20,000 nucleotides of DNA, from IMG/VR virus record IMGVR_UViG_3300042356_001097; one strand, written 5' to 3'. The translations under genes and the position numbers were made by a program. Numbering within the stretch: the stretch's first letter is position 1; every line of letters starts with the position of its first letter. The notes beneath the pieces were generated by a model, which was not told the origin of the DNA, searched no databases, and saw only the letters and a list, made by a program, of their open reading frames with translations. Positions 8,981-17,136 of the stretch are shown piece by piece. This DNA is from an uncultured virus (IMG/VR IMGVR_UViG_3300042356_001097). Lineage: Duplodnaviria > Heunggongvirae > Uroviricota > Caudoviricetes.

Positions 8981-9212
8981 TTTCTATCATCACAACCTTT
9001 CCCTCAAGACAACAATTGTCTCCTCCGCTAAGAGTTTCAATTGCCATGTTGTAAGAATGCTCAAGAAAATCTTCTCTTCCAGTAGCCCAATTAATATTAA
9101 GTAGTTTTACTGTTTTATTTTCAGAAATGTTTTTAATAGTAAGATTTAGTAAAGGAGATGTTTCACTATCCTCTACTTCCCATTCCCAATTCCCTGTAGT
9201 TTCTATTGTCAT
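8970..9212 (-). CDS. Small acidic hypothetical protein (80 aa)
   Basis: Overlaps both flanking fibre genes, suggesting translational coupling; no recognised motif. Confidence 0.7.
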   Translation of the reverse strand: MTIETTGNWEWEVEDSETSPLLNLTIKNISENKTVKLLNINWATGREDFLEHSYNMAIETLSGGDNCCLEGKVVMIENGI

Positions 9213-10495
9213 AATGTTGCTATATCCTTAACAGTTATTGTTCCAGCCATTCCGCTATGGAAAGAGCATAAATATCCATAATTTCCACTTATGCTATATG
9301 GCACCTGCCAGTATAGAGTTCCGCTAGTTTTTCCTTGGGCCATAGATCCAGTAGATATAGTTCCTGTTGTTGAAACGTGAATTAGTCCAGTGTCATAGTT
9401 AGCTCCAGAGAATCTAATTAAAAATGGGTGTCCCGCTACGTTTAAATTAAATGCAATAGTAGTTCCTGAAATTGCATAGATAGTTGGGTTTCCTCCGCCA
9501 TACTGATTTGTAAATAAATACGCTGAAGCACCACTGTTTGTTACATTTAACATAGTTATTGCAGGATAAGCAATTTTATCAATAGTAAGTCCAGCTGTAG
9601 TTGCGTCGCTTGTTCCGCTAAAACTTGCAGATCCCGCTGGTCCTTGAGGCCCAGTGTCACCTGTATCGCCTTTTAATCCTTGTGGACCTGTTGGTCCCGT
9701 TGGTCCAGGAACTGAGCTTGCTGCGCCTGTTGCGCCTGTATCACCCTTAAGTCCTTGTATTCCTTGCGGTCCTTGTGGACCTGTTGGTCCCGTTGGTCCT
9801 GTTAAACCTGTATCGCCTTTGAGTCCTTGTGGACCCTGTGGCCCAGTTGGTCCTGTTGGCCCTGTTAATCCTGTTGGACCTGTTGGTCCAGCAACTGTGC
9901 TTGCGTCACCTGTGTCACCTTTAGGTCCTTGTGGACCTTGCGGTCCTGTTGGACCTGTTGGTCCAGCAACTGTGCTTGCGTCACCTGTGTCACCTTTAGG
10001 TCCTTGTGGACCTTGCGGTCCTTGTGGACCTGTTGGTCCAGCAACTGTGCTTGCGTTGCCAGTGTCACCTTTAGGACCTTGAATCCCTTGTGGACCTTGT
10101 GGACCTTGAGGTCCTACAATTTGTCCTGCGCTATACCAAGACAATCCATTCCAAACATATAAGTCACCGTCTTCATCAACAATGTATGCATCGTTTACAG
10201 AGTTTCCTGTAGTTGGCAAACTTGCAACCAAAGCAACGCTTCCTTGCAAATCAACGGCAACACCTTGTGGACCTTGCGGTCCTTGCGGTCCTATTGGTCC
10301 TTGCGGTCCAGGGACGGTGCTTGCTGCGCCTGTGTCACCTTTTACAATAAAAGGAAGGTCTACCCAAAGGCTTGTACCATTACCAATTTTTAATTTATTT
10401 AATGTTAAATCTACACCAAGCTCTCCTACTTTTAAAATTTTAGTAGATTGAGCCCATTGAGTTGTAGTTCCACGCCTTATTTGTACAATAGCCAT
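9209..10495 (-). CDS. Collagen-like fibre with Mtd_N-like N-terminus and C-terminal cupredoxin-like domain
   Basis: [20 protein letters not shown]-terminus; long Gly-Pro-X tract; C-terminal GHPF...[15 protein letters not shown]. Confidence 0.85.
   Translation of the reverse strand: MAIVQIRRGTTTQWAQSTKILKVGELGVDLTLNKLKIGNGTSLWVDLPFIVKGDTGAASTVPGPQGPIGPQGPQGPQGVAVDLQGSVALVASLPTTGNSVNDAYIVDEDGDLYVWNGLSWYSAGQIVGPQGPQGPQGIQGPKGDTGNASTVAGPTGPQGPQGPQGPKGDTGDASTVAGPTGPTGPQGPQGPKGDTGDASTVAGPTGPTGLTGPTGPTGPQGPQGLKGDTGLTGPTGPTGPQGPQGIQGLKGDTGATGAASSVPGPTGPTGPQGLKGDTGDTGPQGPAGSASFSGTSDATTAGLTIDKIAYPAITMLNVTNSGASAYLFTNQYGGGNPTIYAISGTTIAFNLNVAGHPFLIRFSGANYDTGLIHVSTTGTISTGSMAQGKTSGTLYWQVPYSISGNYGYLCSFHSGMAGTITVKDIATL
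9876..10082 (-). repeat. 75-bp tandem repeat (about 2.7 copies) in the collagen coding region
   Basis: ggacctgttggtccagcaactgtgcttgcgt starts at 9876, 9951 and 10026; the first two units are almost identical. Confidence 0.9.
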
Positions 10496-10797
10496 TATGC
10501 TTCACCTGCATCAAGATTTCCTGGCAGATTACCGTACTCTGAGAATGGAGTTCCTCCATCTAATGTGCCAGTTGAGCCAACAGTGTTTGCAGAAACAGAA
10601 AATATTTGTCCGTCATATGTGTGAACGTGATCTAAAAGTCCAGTTATGGCTCCTGCGCCGACTGAATGCCATTCGGTACCATCATGAAATTTTAATTCTT
10701 GGTCTTGCGTATTGTAGTAGAGATCTCCCATGCGAGCTTCAGAAGGGTGGGCGGGTAATGCTACTGCGTGTAAGGGAACTAATCTTTTAACTGACAT
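10495..10797 (-). CDS. Small virion-associated protein (100 aa)
   Basis: GDLYYNT....LKFHDGTEW fibre-type motif; GGAG RBS; TAATG coupling to the next gene. Confidence 0.75.
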   Translation of the reverse strand: MSVKRLVPLHAVALPAHPSEARMGDLYYNTQDQELKFHDGTEWHSVGAGAITGLLDHVHTYDGQIFSVSANTVGSTGTLDGGTPFSEYGNLPGNLDAGEA

Positions 10798-10808
10798 TTA
10801 AAACTCCC

Positions 10809-12215
10809 TTAACCAGTAATTACGACTCTATATGCTCCACTTGCAGGTGCTTCGGCAAACTTTAATGTAATTGTATTTGCTGATGTACGCTCTACGTCAG
10901 TTTCAACAAGAGCCTTAGATCCTGATGTTTCAAAAACATTAACAGTTACATCATCTGTGCCCAGGTTGTGTGTTACGATTATTGAAGTTAGGCCTGATCC
11001 ATTTGCAAGGTCTGCTGAATACTTTCTTGCAATTGCATGATAGTTTGTTCCATCATTTGTTAATGTCCACTTGTCTGAAGCTTCATTCCATAGAACTTCT
11101 ACGTCTGCTTCTGTTCCACGCTCTACACGAATTCCAGCATCTGCTACTGGGGCTCCTGTGGCGTTAGAATTAAGGTTTACCTTATTATCAACAATATTAA
11201 TTTCTGTAGTATTTACAGAGTTAATTGTTCCTGTAACGTTTAAGTTTCCGCCTACGTTTAAGTTGTTGGTAATTGTTACATCATCTGGAAGGCCGATTGT
11301 TACTGTTGTGCCTTCACCTGATGTAGGAGAAACTGTTACTTCATTAGCGGTTCCTTGAATATTTTGTACATAATCACCAGTTGTGTCTGTGCCAAGTGCT
11401 ACAGAATTTGGCTGAATTGTTGCTGTGATTTCAACATTGCCAAGGTTTGTCATTGTTGCAGAACCAGTTACATCTCCTGAAAGAGTAATTGTAGGATCTG
11501 CTACGTTAAAGTCTAGTTTTCCATTTACATCATCGTACGTTACTGAAATTCCTGACTCTGTATTAGAATCAATCATTCCTCCAACAATGTCTTGTACACG
11601 CTCAGCGTTTAATGTTATATTTCCTGCTGTAGCTGTAAAATCTGTTGAATCAAAACTTGCAACACCCTTATTGGATGAGGTTGCATCTTCTGCTGATACT
11701 GTAATTGTATTATTTGTTACAGCTACGTCAATACCTTCTCCACCTACAACTGTTAGAGTGTCAGTTAATAGGTTAACTGTGTCTGTTCCAGTATCTCCAG
11801 CTATAGAAAGGTTTGTTGCTACATCTACTTCTCCAGCCGCTGTTAGGCGTCCTTGTGCATCTACTGTAAATGTTGGGATCTTTGTTTGTGATCCATAAGA
11901 ACCTGCTGTTACTGTTGTATTATTTAAACTTAATGTTGTTGTTCCTGCGGCATCGTTGTATGTAGAAGTTAATGCTGTTCCGCCAAGTACTGAAGAACCA
12001 ATAATGTCTTGAACAACTTCTGTTGAACCAGACATCGGCATCCATGGGCCGTCTGGAGCAGTTTTTCCATTGTAGTAATACATGGTGTTGTTTGCTGTGT
12101 CATAGTAAATCTGACCAGTGACTGGACTTGATGGGGCAGAACCTAAGTTCTGGATTCTAGCATTTAAGAGCTCATTCTTGTTGAGGTCTACGCTAACTAA
12201 AAATTTTCTTGCCAT
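10809..12215 (-). CDS. Virion structural / tail fibre-like protein (468 aa)
   Basis: GQIYYDT, VTAGSYG....IPTFTVDAQGRLTAA, ITLSGDVTGS, DAGIRVERG, W.E..D.W and THNLG motifs typical of phage fibres. Confidence 0.85.
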   Translation of the reverse strand: MARKFLVSVDLNKNELLNARIQNLGSAPSSPVTGQIYYDTANNTMYYYNGKTAPDGPWMPMSGSTEVVQDIIGSSVLGGTALTSTYNDAAGTTTLSLNNTTVTAGSYGSQTKIPTFTVDAQGRLTAAGEVDVATNLSIAGDTGTDTVNLLTDTLTVVGGEGIDVAVTNNTITVSAEDATSSNKGVASFDSTDFTATAGNITLNAERVQDIVGGMIDSNTESGISVTYDDVNGKLDFNVADPTITLSGDVTGSATMTNLGNVEITATIQPNSVALGTDTTGDYVQNIQGTANEVTVSPTSGEGTTVTIGLPDDVTITNNLNVGGNLNVTGTINSVNTTEINIVDNKVNLNSNATGAPVADAGIRVERGTEADVEVLWNEASDKWTLTNDGTNYHAIARKYSADLANGSGLTSIIVTHNLGTDDVTVNVFETSGSKALVETDVERTSANTITLKFAEAPASGAYRVVITG

Positions 12216-12227
12216 TTTGTTTCTCCC

Positions 12228-12680
12228 TTACGACAGATGCGCTGTCCCTGAAAACGGTTGGGCCATTGTCAGTGTTAAAGTGTTAAGACTATTATAATCT
12301 ATTCCTGTTTCCAATACGTCGCCTGCGCTAGATTTGACGGTCACATTTGGGCTAAATCCTAAATTGTGATTTACTGTTACAGAATATGTGCCATTTACTG
12401 GACCTTGTACTTGAGACATCTCCCAAGAGTAGACAAATGCTATATCTTCTTTGGTAACAAGGTCAATTACATTAGCTCCGCTCCAGGTTGAATTGGAAAG
12501 CTTTGGTCCGTAAAATTCATTTGTTACTGTATTGAAGTAAAAGTCTCCTTCTACTCCTAGGCTGTTATCTGGAGCTGTAGATCCATTAAGGATGCCTTTT
12601 CCTCTTGGGCCCTGGGGTCCTGTTGTTGAAATAACAACTTTATTTACCTGTTCGGTAACCTTTACAATATTATCAACCAT
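12228..12680 (-). CDS. Virion-associated protein with a short collagen motif
   Basis: GPQGPRG, GDFYFNT...FYGPK and NHNLG motifs; coupled to the upstream gene. Confidence 0.8.
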   Translation of the reverse strand: MVDNIVKVTEQVNKVVISTTGPQGPRGKGILNGSTAPDNSLGVEGDFYFNTVTNEFYGPKLSNSTWSGANVIDLVTKEDIAFVYSWEMSQVQGPVNGTYSVTVNHNLGFSPNVTVKSSAGDVLETGIDYNSLNTLTLTMAQPFSGTAHLS

Positions 12681-13027
12681 TATACTGTTACCGATCTACT
12701 TAGAGTTAAAAAACCCTCTAGAAGTTTTATTTTTGTATTGTTGGTGTCTGTCACCATTATGTCATAAGAAGACTTTGGGTGAAATAATTTGCTAGTTTGA
12801 GCTGGAGTCATTGTGCAAGTAACTTTGCCTGCTGGACCATCTATAACTATTCCTTCAAAAGGAGATGTTAATGTAAATGATAACTTGGATCCGCCTTTTG
12901 TATCTCTAACCTGCATTTTTGCTGTGGCTCCAGAAAGGTTTACTGGCAAGTCATTGTTGTCTGTATACTCAACAACAAATGAAAAAGTAGTATTTTGATC
13001 AACTTCAAAGTTTTTTTGCGCTGCCAC
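12680..13027 (-). CDS. Tail/baseplate adaptor-like protein (Ig-like; LtfC/BppU-N-type)
   Basis: GTG start; NLSGATAKMQVR...T.AQT..L....YDI......KLLEG...L...VT pattern, common at the head of fibre clusters. Confidence 0.7.
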   Translation of the reverse strand: MAAQKNFEVDQNTTFSFVVEYTDNNDLPVNLSGATAKMQVRDTKGGSKLSFTLTSPFEGIVIDGPAGKVTCTMTPAQTSKLFHPKSSYDIMVTDTNNTKIKLLEGFLTLSRSVTV

Positions 13028-13041
13028 GGTTACCCCTAATT

Positions 13042-13075
13042 AGAAAAGCCCTTATGGATATTTTACCATAAGGGC
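13042..13075 (-). terminator. Intrinsic terminator after the holin-like gene, with a -10-like TGGTAAAAT overlapping its loop
   Basis: Perfect 10-bp stem GCCCTTATGG/CCATAAGGGC (13048-57/13066-75) followed by TTTTCT on the - strand. Confidence 0.7.
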
Positions 13076-13094
13076 GCTTCTAATCTAATAATAA

Positions 13095-13337
13095 TTACTT
13101 GCTTGTGAAGCCAAACTCTTTGTTGCTTGGGCTCAAAGCCTTTAGAATAACTGGAGCAATTGCTGCTACTCCTGCTGCAATCAAATCTTTTGGATTTGTG
13201 TTGCCAGTCATATATAGAGCTGTGGCTGCTGCCAAAAATGCTCTTCCGTAAGTTCCAATTGCTGCTAAAATTTGTTCTTGCATTGTTACTTTCCCATCTT
13301 TATTTAAATCAGCTTTATCAAATTTTTTGATAGCCAT
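13095..13337 (-). CDS. Holin-like small membrane protein with an N-terminal EF-hand-like loop
   Basis: Two hydrophobic Ala-rich helices and a basic C-terminus; DLNKDGKVTMQE fits DxDxDG-type spacing. Confidence 0.6.
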   Translation of the reverse strand: MAIKKFDKADLNKDGKVTMQEQILAAIGTYGRAFLAAATALYMTGNTNPKDLIAAGVAAIAPVILKALSPSNKEFGFTSK

Positions 13338-13397
13338 ATTATCATCTCCATTTTGAGCGGGGTGCTCAGAATTTTGGGGTATTCCCCCAATACTATA

Positions 13398-13406
13398 ATT
13401 CTACCA
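13398..13406 (-). promoter_or_regulatory. Extended -10 promoter TGGTAGAAT
   Basis: Identical 9-mer also lies upstream of nrdJ (15401-15409). Confidence 0.55.
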
Positions 13407-13408
13407 CA

Positions 13409-15343
13409 TTAAGAAGAAATGTCTACTAGCTCACAATTTCCGTCTGAACTACATGCAAGCGTAGCATTAGTAGATGTGCCATCTTCTGTCTCGTAGAAAG
13501 ACAAGTCTTCCCAGCGAATATCCTTTGGCATCTTTAAAACAAGAGCATCGTATTCTTCCTTTGATACTTCTTGGTACGGAGCCTGCTTGTATGAGTGATC
13601 TGAATGCGGTAGGAATGAAATTCCAGATACCTCATCGAAATGCTTATACACCCAAGCACCGACTTCCATCCATTCATCTTCTTTTACAGAAACTGTAATT
13701 GAAGGCTTGTGCTCACACCATGCACGTTGGTAAACTAACCAAATGTTTAAGTGCTCAATAGCAGTAAGATCGTTTCTAACAATTGCACCTTCTGGTGCTT
13801 TAATTGGGAATGAAAATACGTATGTATCGTTTGGCTTCATAACATCATCTTCTACTGGAATTCCGACTTCCTTTAAAAATGTAGAGATTGGATCTCCTTT
13901 TGCTCCACGAACTGTACGAATATAATATGGAGAATGCCAAGCATGCATTCCTGAAGATACCCCAACCAATTGAGATACTGTTCCTGATGGCTTTACGCAT
14001 GTAATAGCGGCAGACTCAGGAATCCCAATCTTTTCAGCTTCATCTTTATTCTTTGCTCTTGCTGATTCTCTAAGAGTCATCAAGAAAGATTCTAGTGAAA
14101 CAAGATCTTCTTTGCCTGACATAAACTTGTGTCCAAATTGTCCAGTTAAAGAAACACCTAGCAGGCGTTCTTCTTCTGTATTGTCTTTCCAGATCTTGCG
14201 AAGATATTTAAAGTCTGTAAGCGTTGACTGCCACGTTCCAAGAATAGTTGCAAGCTCAACCTTACGTTCAATATCTTTCTTTGTATCATTTTCACGTAGT
14301 ACGACTTCTGAAAGGTTACAAAACTGGTAAGGACGTAAGATAATCTCTGAGCACGGGTTAGTTCCATAGTGTATATCTGGATCTCTTCTTCCATACTTGG
14401 CTGCTTGGGCTTGAGCTGCGGCCACATTGTATATACCTCGTTCTCCTGACTTTGAATCATATAGAGATTTCCATTCTGCAATAAATTGCTCCATGTCTGG
14501 CTTGCGTGAGTACGCAACAGAGTTATTAGACAAAGCACGTTGTGTATTGGCTTCCCACCAGTTACCTGATTTAGCCTGTGCCATCTCAATATCGTTAATG
14601 TTAGAAAGTGAAATCATTGCTGATCGACGAACTCCGCCTACAACAACTACTTCACCGATCTTGCACATAATATCGTGACATTCAATTGGCTTAAGGTTTC
14701 TTCCTGTGGCACTCTTGAACTTTGCAATTGTAAAATCAAATAGATTAATAAGTGGTTGTGGACCCGATGATCTTCCGCCCATTGTCTTAAGTCTTGCTCC
14801 TGCTGGTCTTACCTTAGAAACATCAATTGCTGGAATCTGTCCAGACCAAAGTAGCGCTAGCAACTCACGGTACGCCTTAGCCCAACCTTGCTTTGAGTCC
14901 TCCACTGTAATTACTGTAGTTGACTTTTCCAATGACTCTGGGACGGCAGGAAGTTTATTAATATACTTATACTCAACAGAGAATCCTACACCTGTACCGC
15001 ACATAAGGATATACATTGTTTCATCAAATGAACGTGGTGAATCAACTGGTAGGAAAGCACAGTTATATCCTGCTACATTGTCTCTTTCCAATGCTACTCC
15101 TGAAGTCATAACAGAACGCATTGATGGCATTACATTTCGTTCAAAGACAAACTCTTTTAATTCCGCAACAAGCTTCTCATTTGGAATATAATTATAATTC
15201 TTTTCTAAGTGGCCAAGCATGAAGTTAAAATATCTATCTACTGTTTCACCCCAAGTCTCACGACGATTATCTTCTGATATCCATCTTGCATATCTTGATA
15301 ACGCAATGAAATTTTCGTATGGGTTTGCAATAGTCTTAGACAT
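13409..15343 (-). CDS. nrdJ: Class II adenosylcobalamin-dependent ribonucleotide reductase (monomeric RTPR type)
   Basis: GYNCAF, GTGVGFS, GGVRRSA, TNPCSEI, FCNLSE, VKPSGT motifs and a C-terminal Cys pair CSSDGNC; no beta subunit gene in the window. Confidence 0.93.
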   Translation of the reverse strand: MSKTIANPYENFIALSRYARWISEDNRRETWGETVDRYFNFMLGHLEKNYNYIPNEKLVAELKEFVFERNVMPSMRSVMTSGVALERDNVAGYNCAFLPVDSPRSFDETMYILMCGTGVGFSVEYKYINKLPAVPESLEKSTTVITVEDSKQGWAKAYRELLALLWSGQIPAIDVSKVRPAGARLKTMGGRSSGPQPLINLFDFTIAKFKSATGRNLKPIECHDIMCKIGEVVVVGGVRRSAMISLSNINDIEMAQAKSGNWWEANTQRALSNNSVAYSRKPDMEQFIAEWKSLYDSKSGERGIYNVAAAQAQAAKYGRRDPDIHYGTNPCSEIILRPYQFCNLSEVVLRENDTKKDIERKVELATILGTWQSTLTDFKYLRKIWKDNTEEERLLGVSLTGQFGHKFMSGKEDLVSLESFLMTLRESARAKNKDEAEKIGIPESAAITCVKPSGTVSQLVGVSSGMHAWHSPYYIRTVRGAKGDPISTFLKEVGIPVEDDVMKPNDTYVFSFPIKAPEGAIVRNDLTAIEHLNIWLVYQRAWCEHKPSITVSVKEDEWMEVGAWVYKHFDEVSGISFLPHSDHSYKQAPYQEVSKEEYDALVLKMPKDIRWEDLSFYETEDGTSTNATLACSSDGNCELVDISS

Positions 15344-15400
15344 TTTATAGTACCTTTTTTCTCCGCCTGGCGGTTAATGTAAATTTAGTGTGAAGATCCT

Positions 15401-15409
15401 ATTCTACCA
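15401..15409 (-). promoter_or_regulatory. Extended -10 promoter TGGTAGAAT for nrdJ
   Basis: About 60 nt upstream of the nrdJ ATG; same motif at 13398-13406. Confidence 0.55.
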
Positions 15410-15514
15410 AACAACTATTCATATGGGAAGCAAAAATATATTTTTTATGCTCAAATCTAATATATTATTACTAAACCTTACATTTATACTTGACATTTAT
15501 TCTAGTTGACTGGC

Positions 15515-15544
15515 TTGACAGGATTATGCAATTAATGTTATGCT
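15515..15544 (+). promoter_or_regulatory. Sigma70/SigA-type promoter
   Basis: TTGACA-18 nt (ending TGt)-TATGCT, upstream of a GAGGAG RBS and the 15572 start. Confidence 0.7.
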
Positions 15545-15571
15545 TAGAGTTCGTTATCTCTAGAGGAGGAA

Positions 15572-16129
15572 ATGCCAATGGAGAAAATAAAACAACAGGT
15601 GAGTGATCTGGCTCACAACATGGTTACAATAGTAATGATAACATTATTTATGTTTCCTGTACAGCCAGTGAATGCACTAGAAGTAAAACCTTTAGTGAAA
15701 ACTGAAGCCCAACTAAAGCAAGAAGTCTTAGATAAGTTCAGTAAAGAAATTTACAAGCCATCTGAGATGCTTACAGACGAAGAGCTAGTATTACTACTTA
15801 AGACTGTAGGATTCGAAGGAGTAGGCCTTAAGAAAGCTTGGTCCATAGCAAAGCGTGAATCTAACGGAAGACCGCTTGCATATAACGGGGATAGGAATAC
15901 TGGAGACGATTCTTATGGAATGTTCCAGATAAACATGATTGGAAATCTCGGTCCAGAAAGACTGGAGAAATTCAACCTAAAGAGTAACAAAGAGTTATTC
16001 GACCCAGTAACAAACGCAGAGATAACGTACTATATGACCAATGGCGGTCAAGATTGGTCCAGCTGGAAGGGTATGACCCCAAAAGCGCAGGAATGGCTAT
16101 TGCGATTCCCGACAACTAAAGAGAAGTAG
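15572..16129 (+). CDS. Lysozyme-like lytic transglycosylase (SLT type) with N-terminal hydrophobic/signal segment
   Basis: IAKRES (catalytic Glu), SYGMFQIN, LFDPVTNA, GQDWSSW motifs; hydrophobic MVTIVMITLFMFP..VNA. Confidence 0.85.
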   Translation: MPMEKIKQQVSDLAHNMVTIVMITLFMFPVQPVNALEVKPLVKTEAQLKQEVLDKFSKEIYKPSEMLTDEELVLLLKTVGFEGVGLKKAWSIAKRESNGRPLAYNGDRNTGDDSYGMFQINMIGNLGPERLEKFNLKSNKELFDPVTNAEITYYMTNGGQDWSSWKGMTPKAQEWLLRFPTTKEK

Positions 16130-16134
16130 GATAA

Positions 16135-16350
16135 ATGAAGATACAGTATGTATCGAAGTATCTCTCTTTATCAAAAGAGGGCCTTGTTCCAGAGCTTTTA
16201 TGCCCCATGGATCAGGGCTCTCTTTATCCTAATCAGGATATTGAAGAGAAAATATTTTTATATTGCCTAACTTGCTCATACAAGAATACAATTGGAATTG
16301 TCGACTATAAGAATCTTGTAAACTTAGTAGATAGAGTAATTAATGAATAA
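16135..16350 (+). CDS. Small putative zinc-ribbon protein
   Basis: CPMD...CLTC motif; AGGA RBS. Confidence 0.7.
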   Translation: MKIQYVSKYLSLSKEGLVPELLCPMDQGSLYPNQDIEEKIFLYCLTCSYKNTIGIVDYKNLVNLVDRVINE

Positions 16351-16483
16351 TGAACGGCAGGAAAGTGCGCCGAAAATAGAACAGACATTCTCAACATATG
16401 AATTTGAGTCAACTGCATTATTAGAAACTGACGCTATGGGGCGTGAGAAGTTTTGGGAAGACCTTGGGAGACAAGATGACTGA
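16343..16483 (+). CDS. Hypothetical protein (46 aa), not in the ORF track
   Basis: MNNERQESAPKIEQ...DAMGREKFWEDLGRQDD*; fills the gap exactly and overlaps both neighbours by 8 nt. Confidence 0.6.
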   Translation: MNNERQESAPKIEQTFSTYEFESTALLETDAMGREKFWEDLGRQDD

Positions 16484-16676
16484 AGAAAAAGAACAACCTC
16501 AAAATATAGAAGATAACCTACCTATGGTGAATTATATAATGCTTCACCGAATTTATGACATGATGACTATCCTGGCAAATAAAGCTGATCCTGATAAAAC
16601 AGCAAAGATGATTGAGTATCATGAACAAGGATATCTACTTGGACCTACTCCTTCATTTACAGCACCTGAAGAATAA
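16476..16676 (+). CDS. Hypothetical protein (66 aa)
   Basis: Likely start MTEEKEQ after GGGAG; NLPMVNYIMLHRIYD...H..GYLLGP.P. Confidence 0.75.
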   Translation: MTEEKEQPQNIEDNLPMVNYIMLHRIYDMMTILANKADPDKTAKMIEYHEQGYLLGPTPSFTAPEE

Positions 16677-16690
16677 GTCGACTAGAATGC

Positions 16691-16719
16691 TTGACATAGA
16701 AAATAATCCATATTACAAT
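16691..16719 (+). promoter_or_regulatory. Near-consensus sigma70/SigA promoter
   Basis: TTGACA-17 nt-TACAAT. Confidence 0.8.
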
Positions 16720-16724
16720 TAAGA

Positions 16725-16820
16725 TGTGTAGGTGATGGCAGCAATGTCTCCCTATATAATGTGTAGTAATACACTAGAAAGTCCCATTCGGATCCGCCTC
16801 TGAATGGGATTTTTTCTTTT
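16725..16820 (+). ncRNA. Candidate small RNA (about 95 nt): two GNRA-capped hairpins plus terminator
   Basis: Between a strong promoter and a terminator with no credible ORF; stems 16725-16758 (GCAA loop) and 16761-16774 (GUAA loop). Confidence 0.65.
16781..16820 (+). terminator. Intrinsic terminator
   Basis: 12-bp stem GTCCCATTCGGA/TCTGAATGGGAT (including G-U pairs) followed by TTTTTCTTTT. Confidence 0.85.
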
Positions 16821-17022
16821 ATATGAAAGATATATATAATATGGGCAATATGGACATATAGTGCAAAAAGTGCGAAAAAAGTGCGCCGTCGAAAGAAGAG
16901 CCATATTCCCATCTGTGATCATTTTTAGAATATGCTTTATAAGCCCTCTATGAGGGTTCTCAAGCCCTAACGGGTCATATTTGGTATCTCCGATACTAAG
17001 ACCCCAGAAAAGGGCGGGAGAA

Positions 17023-17136
17023 CTAAGATTTGAAACTTTTTATATATACAACAATAGAGGATAATATAACCAGAGACATTACTGGAAGAATTAAATGATA
17101 TACACCAAGATAGATTGTATTTAATATTGTATTCAT
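17023..17136 (-). CDS. Small membrane peptide (37 aa)
   Basis: MNTILNTIYLGVYHLILPVMSLVILSSIVVYIKSFKS*; ATGA overlap with the upstream gene. Confidence 0.55.
   Translation of the reverse strand: MNTILNTIYLGVYHLILPVMSLVILSSIVVYIKSFKS

Noticed and set aside
6321..10495. Diversity-generating retroelement suggested by Mtd-like N-termini
   Set aside because: No reverse transcriptase and no adenine-specific TR/VR pair seen in the window; Mtd_N is only an anchor domain.
743..15191. Many + strand and alternate-frame ORFs in the track (e.g. 743-988, 2157-2519, 6581-6910, 9654-10082, 11425-11898, 14158-14589, 14706-15191)
   Set aside because: They overlap long, motif-bearing - strand genes and look like shadow frames caused by codon bias and repeats.
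15344..15420. Cobalamin riboswitch upstream of nrdJ
   Set aside because: The leader is only about 50 nt with one small hairpin; too short and no B12 box.
16682..16912. 76-aa - strand ORF
   Set aside because: Antisense across a promoter, hairpins and terminator; low-complexity sequence without a clear RBS.
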